Positions 60,655-64,000 of a stretch of 64,000 bases of DNA are shown in pieces. Position 1 is the stretch's first letter. Each line of letters begins with the position of its first letter. The stretch is from Callorhinchus milii (Eukaryota): contig NW_024704743.1 in assembly GCF_018977255.1 (NCBI RefSeq), positions 30,692,001 to 30,756,000 of the forward strand. Direction: 5' to 3'. Both the position numbers and the translations under genes were made by a program. The notes below the pieces were generated by a model. It saw only the letters and a program-made list of their open reading frames with translations, searched no databases and had not been told where the DNA came from.

Positions 60655-61300
60655 CAATAAAATATGGTATGCATAATGTTGAAGCATCTTAAAGTGCTTC
60701 ACAGAATTTATTGTAACTTGTAGTGACTGTATTTGTGGGAATCCGCAGCTGCCAGGTCCCGTAAATATCCATGAGATAAACCATCAATTTAATTGGAGGA
60801 TTGTTGGCTGGGACAGCAGGCGAAACTCCCTTGTCTTTTCAAATACTGGCTTGGGAACTTTTGTGTCCACCTAAACAGGCAAACGGGATCTCAGTTTAAT
60901 TCTCATCCGAAGGATGGCACTGCCTAAAATGCAGCACTCGTACAGAATTGGGCTAGAGTGTCAGCTTAAACAGGTGAGTGTTGCATTTAAAATACACCAG
61001 ATTTGAATCTGGTTACTAATAAATTTACTAATTTATTAGTAATAAATTATAAAATAATTTATTAGTAAATTTATTTATTTATTTATTAATAAATTAATAA
61101 ATTTATTTTTTAATAAATTTACTAATAGATTTGGCCCATTGCCCAAACAGCCCATCATTGGCCAAAGCAACGAACACTAAACTGGCAATGTTACTAAGGC
61201 TATAAGAATAGATGACACAGGATGAAAAAATGCACAACACGGGGCTTGAACCCACAGGCTTCTGACCAAGAGGTGAGAGAGCTGTTGACTGAGACAGGCT
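60655..61300 (-). mobile_element. DeuSINE interrupted by an AT-rich insert
   Basis: TCTCATCCGAAGGATGGCAC..GAGTGTCAGC; head GGGCTTGAACCCACAGGCTTCTGACC at ~61242. Confidence 0.8.
60996..61127. repeat. AT-rich palindromic low-complexity tract
   Basis: ACTAATAAATT / AATTTATTAGT units in both orientations. Confidence 0.85.
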
Positions 61301-61909
61301 GATGCCTACTTAGACAATATAACCTTACAAATAAATAGAATAGAAAAATATTCAGGATTTATCAGTCAGCACTTATTGAAGTATACTCAACCGTTGGAGT
61401 AACTGTCTGAATAGAAAGCAACTCTTTAGGACTTTTCTTCTTTTCCCTTCAGTTATCAGTAAAGATTGGATAAAATATAGAAATTTAAATTTACTCACTT
61501 GGGAAATGGTCCAAAGATTATGGAGTGACACTGAAGTTGAATTTGCAGGAGTCATAAAAGGATTTGCAAGTCCCAAATCCTGCAGGTATTTGGAGACATG
61601 CATCCCTCTGGAATTTCCCTCTAATGCCAATTAACTGAGATTTCCTGCCCAGCAAAAGTAGCCTCGTTTGGCCACATTCCAGTTTTGCGGCAGTTGGAAA
61701 CAGAATTCTAGAGGGTCAAATCATTCGGGTTGCTGCAAGATTCACAGTTTACAAGTCCTTTTGCAGCTCCCATAAATTAGATCCCCATTATGGAAGTTAA
61801 ATCCGCACAAGAAGTTGGGAACAAGTGGAGTAAATGACAAAGGGAAACAGATTATCCTAGGTCCTATGACTCAATGGAAAGTTAAGTGTTCCGTTATGCA
61901 GCCTCCACT

Positions 61910-62290
61910 TGTATAGTTAGAATAGGGTGTTTTTTTTAAAATAAAAAGTATATTCTTTCACCTCTGGGACCCAAGTTGAATTTGAGTCCAGAATGACAAG
62001 ATAAACCATCTTCTTTGGTAGTTAGTGTTCCATCTGAAATCGATTTGGCAAGTTTGAATCCAGGCCCATTGCATAAAACCGCTCATCATTCACGAAAAGT
62101 AATGGACATTAAATTGGCATTAAATCTTCCTATGGCTTTAAGGACAGATGATGTAAGAAGGCAAAAATTCACGGTGAGTGCAGTGAGGGATGCTCTTCTA
62201 AAATTAGGGTTCCGACTGCATTTCACTTATGTGAAATAAGGAACATGTATAACGTGTTATTCTGGACGACAAATTCTGTGTAAAGTACCA
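61910..62290 (+). mobile_element. LF-SINE-like element (diverged)
   Basis: CTTTCACCTCTGGGAC, TGAAAT..TTGG and AAATTGGCATTAAAT occur in the order I recall for LF-SINE. Confidence 0.5.
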
Positions 62291-62640
62291 AGTGCCAATG
62301 CAAAACAATTATTTAATCGAATTAGTATGAATCTGCGCCAGTTGAAATCCGCATTTGTATCATTCTGCCTAATGCAACACCAACACACTGGGCCAAGAGA
62401 AATGAAATATTAATCTAAACCATCATTTTAAACTTGATCTTGTTAAGGTTAAATGATAGTTAATGAATGCTAGATTTTTCCTCCAGCATTTTCAGCCCAA
62501 TATATGTTGATGCACATAGTCAATGGCCACTTCTCACACAAATACCAATTAGTGATTGTACACCTGGGATGGGGGGGTGGTGGCAATGGCTTCATGAAGA
62601 TTCCTCTCCTCTGATGATGAACATACCATGTCTTGTGCAT

Positions 62641-63535
62641 CAACAACAAAATTACATTTGTATATAGCGCCTTTCACGTCGGGAGGATGTCCCAAAGCGC
62701 TGGGCAGTCAGAGTTTCGGACCCAAGCTGGCGGTTCAATTGGGGAGGGTGAAGGGCGGGGGGAATCAGGGTGATCGAAAGCACAGTCGAAGAGGAGGATC
62801 TTGAGATGGGTCTTGAAGGAGGCAAGGGAGGGGGCGAGGCGGAGGGACTGTGGGATGGAGTTCCAAAGGGTGGGGACAGAGTGGCAGAAGGCCCGCCCGC
62901 CAATGGTGGGGCGAGCGAGACGGGGGTCATGAAGCAGGCTGGAGCCCGCTGAGCGGAGGAAGTGGGCCGGATAGTAGGGGGTTAGGAGGATTCAGAGGTA
63001 GGGGGGAGCAAAATCATGGAGGGCTTTGAAGGTGAGGACCAGGATTTTGAACTGTATCCTCTGTGTGATGGGAAGCCAATGGAGTCGGGCGAGGATGGGG
63101 GTGATAGGACCATGGAGCCTGGTGCAGGAGAGGACATGGGCTGCAGAGTTCTGGATGATCTACAGCCTGTGGAGGGAGGAGTTGGGGAGGATGACAAGCA
63201 AGGAGTTTGCATAGTCAAGCCTTGATGTAATGAAAGCGTGTATGAGGGTTTCAGGGCCTGCGGTGTGAGACAGTGGCAGAAGCCGGGCGATGTTGCGGAG
63301 GTGGGGGAAGGCAGAACGGATCATAGCACAGATGTGGGGTAGAAGGGATAGTTGAGGGTCAAACAAGATGGCAATGTTCCGGACTGGCTTAGCAAGGTGG
63401 AGTGTGCAACCACGGTGATGCTGTAAGCGCCTGAGGTGAGGAGGCGCTGATGGGAGCCAATCAGGAGGGCCTCAGTCTTGTTGACTTTCAATTGAGAAAA
63501 TTAGCTCTCATCCAGGACTTGATGTCTGACATCCT
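62641..63535 (-). mobile_element. L2 family A, 5'-truncated (~900 bp)
   Basis: SDIKSWM; HLRNIARL..LIHAFITSRLDYANSLL (ORF 63160..63366); family A tail. Confidence 0.93.
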
Positions 63536-64000
63536 GTCTTTCAGATGGTTAGATGTGAAGCTCAGCTCAACACGTGACGACATTATCGACAGAGCACTTT
63601 AATGAACTGGTAAGCATCTGGTAATTGAGAGGCGCCGAACTGGCTCTAAAAAAAAGACACTGCCTGATCCTGAGAAGCAGATCGGTCTCCTTTTATATCT
63701 GATGCCAACCTCCCCCTCCCCTCTTCCCCACTGGCAGAGTCACTCAATGCCACCCGCTGCCTCAGCAAGATCCCTCCATGCCACCAACCCTCTATCAGCA
63801 AGATCGTTCCATGCTATCCACTCTCTCAACAAGATCACACATCAGCCACTTCCTCTACCCCGCATGTTTGGGAGACCAGGGCTCAAAATCCACAACTACC
63901 TTTGGCATTAAACACAGGCAATCTGTCAGCAGTAAATATCAACGCTGTATGGAATTTTTATGAAGAATTTGTGGTTTTCAAAAACTTGCTGATTACACAA

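Noticed and set aside
63545..63609. Plus-strand AG..GTAAGC bounded segment
   Set aside because: Stop codons in all three frames; no other support

Overview
This is non-coding vertebrate genomic DNA. The repeat complement (DeuSINEs, tRNA-headed SINEs with L2-type tails, L2 and CR1 LINE remnants, AmnSINE2-like and LF-SINE-like copies) points to a cartilaginous fish, probably a holocephalan such as elephant shark; this is inference from remembered consensus motifs, not a database search. I could not support any host protein-coding exon or RNA gene. Nearly every exon-like segment I checked resolves to an eroded CR1 ORF2 3' end, and the most protein-like ORFs in the track are L2 ORF2 C-termini. 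The window is probably a large intron or intergenic region with layered retroposon insertions, several palindromic non-autonomous elements and a few repeat-free blocks with enhancer-like motifs. I found no convincing novel biological system. The best leads are a chimeric tRNA+CORE+Deu+L2-tail SINE, an unclassified ~550-bp repeat present twice, a ~200-bp MITE family, an LF-SINE-like copy and a PBX-HOX/MEIS motif cluster. Repeat boundaries are read by eye and approximate.
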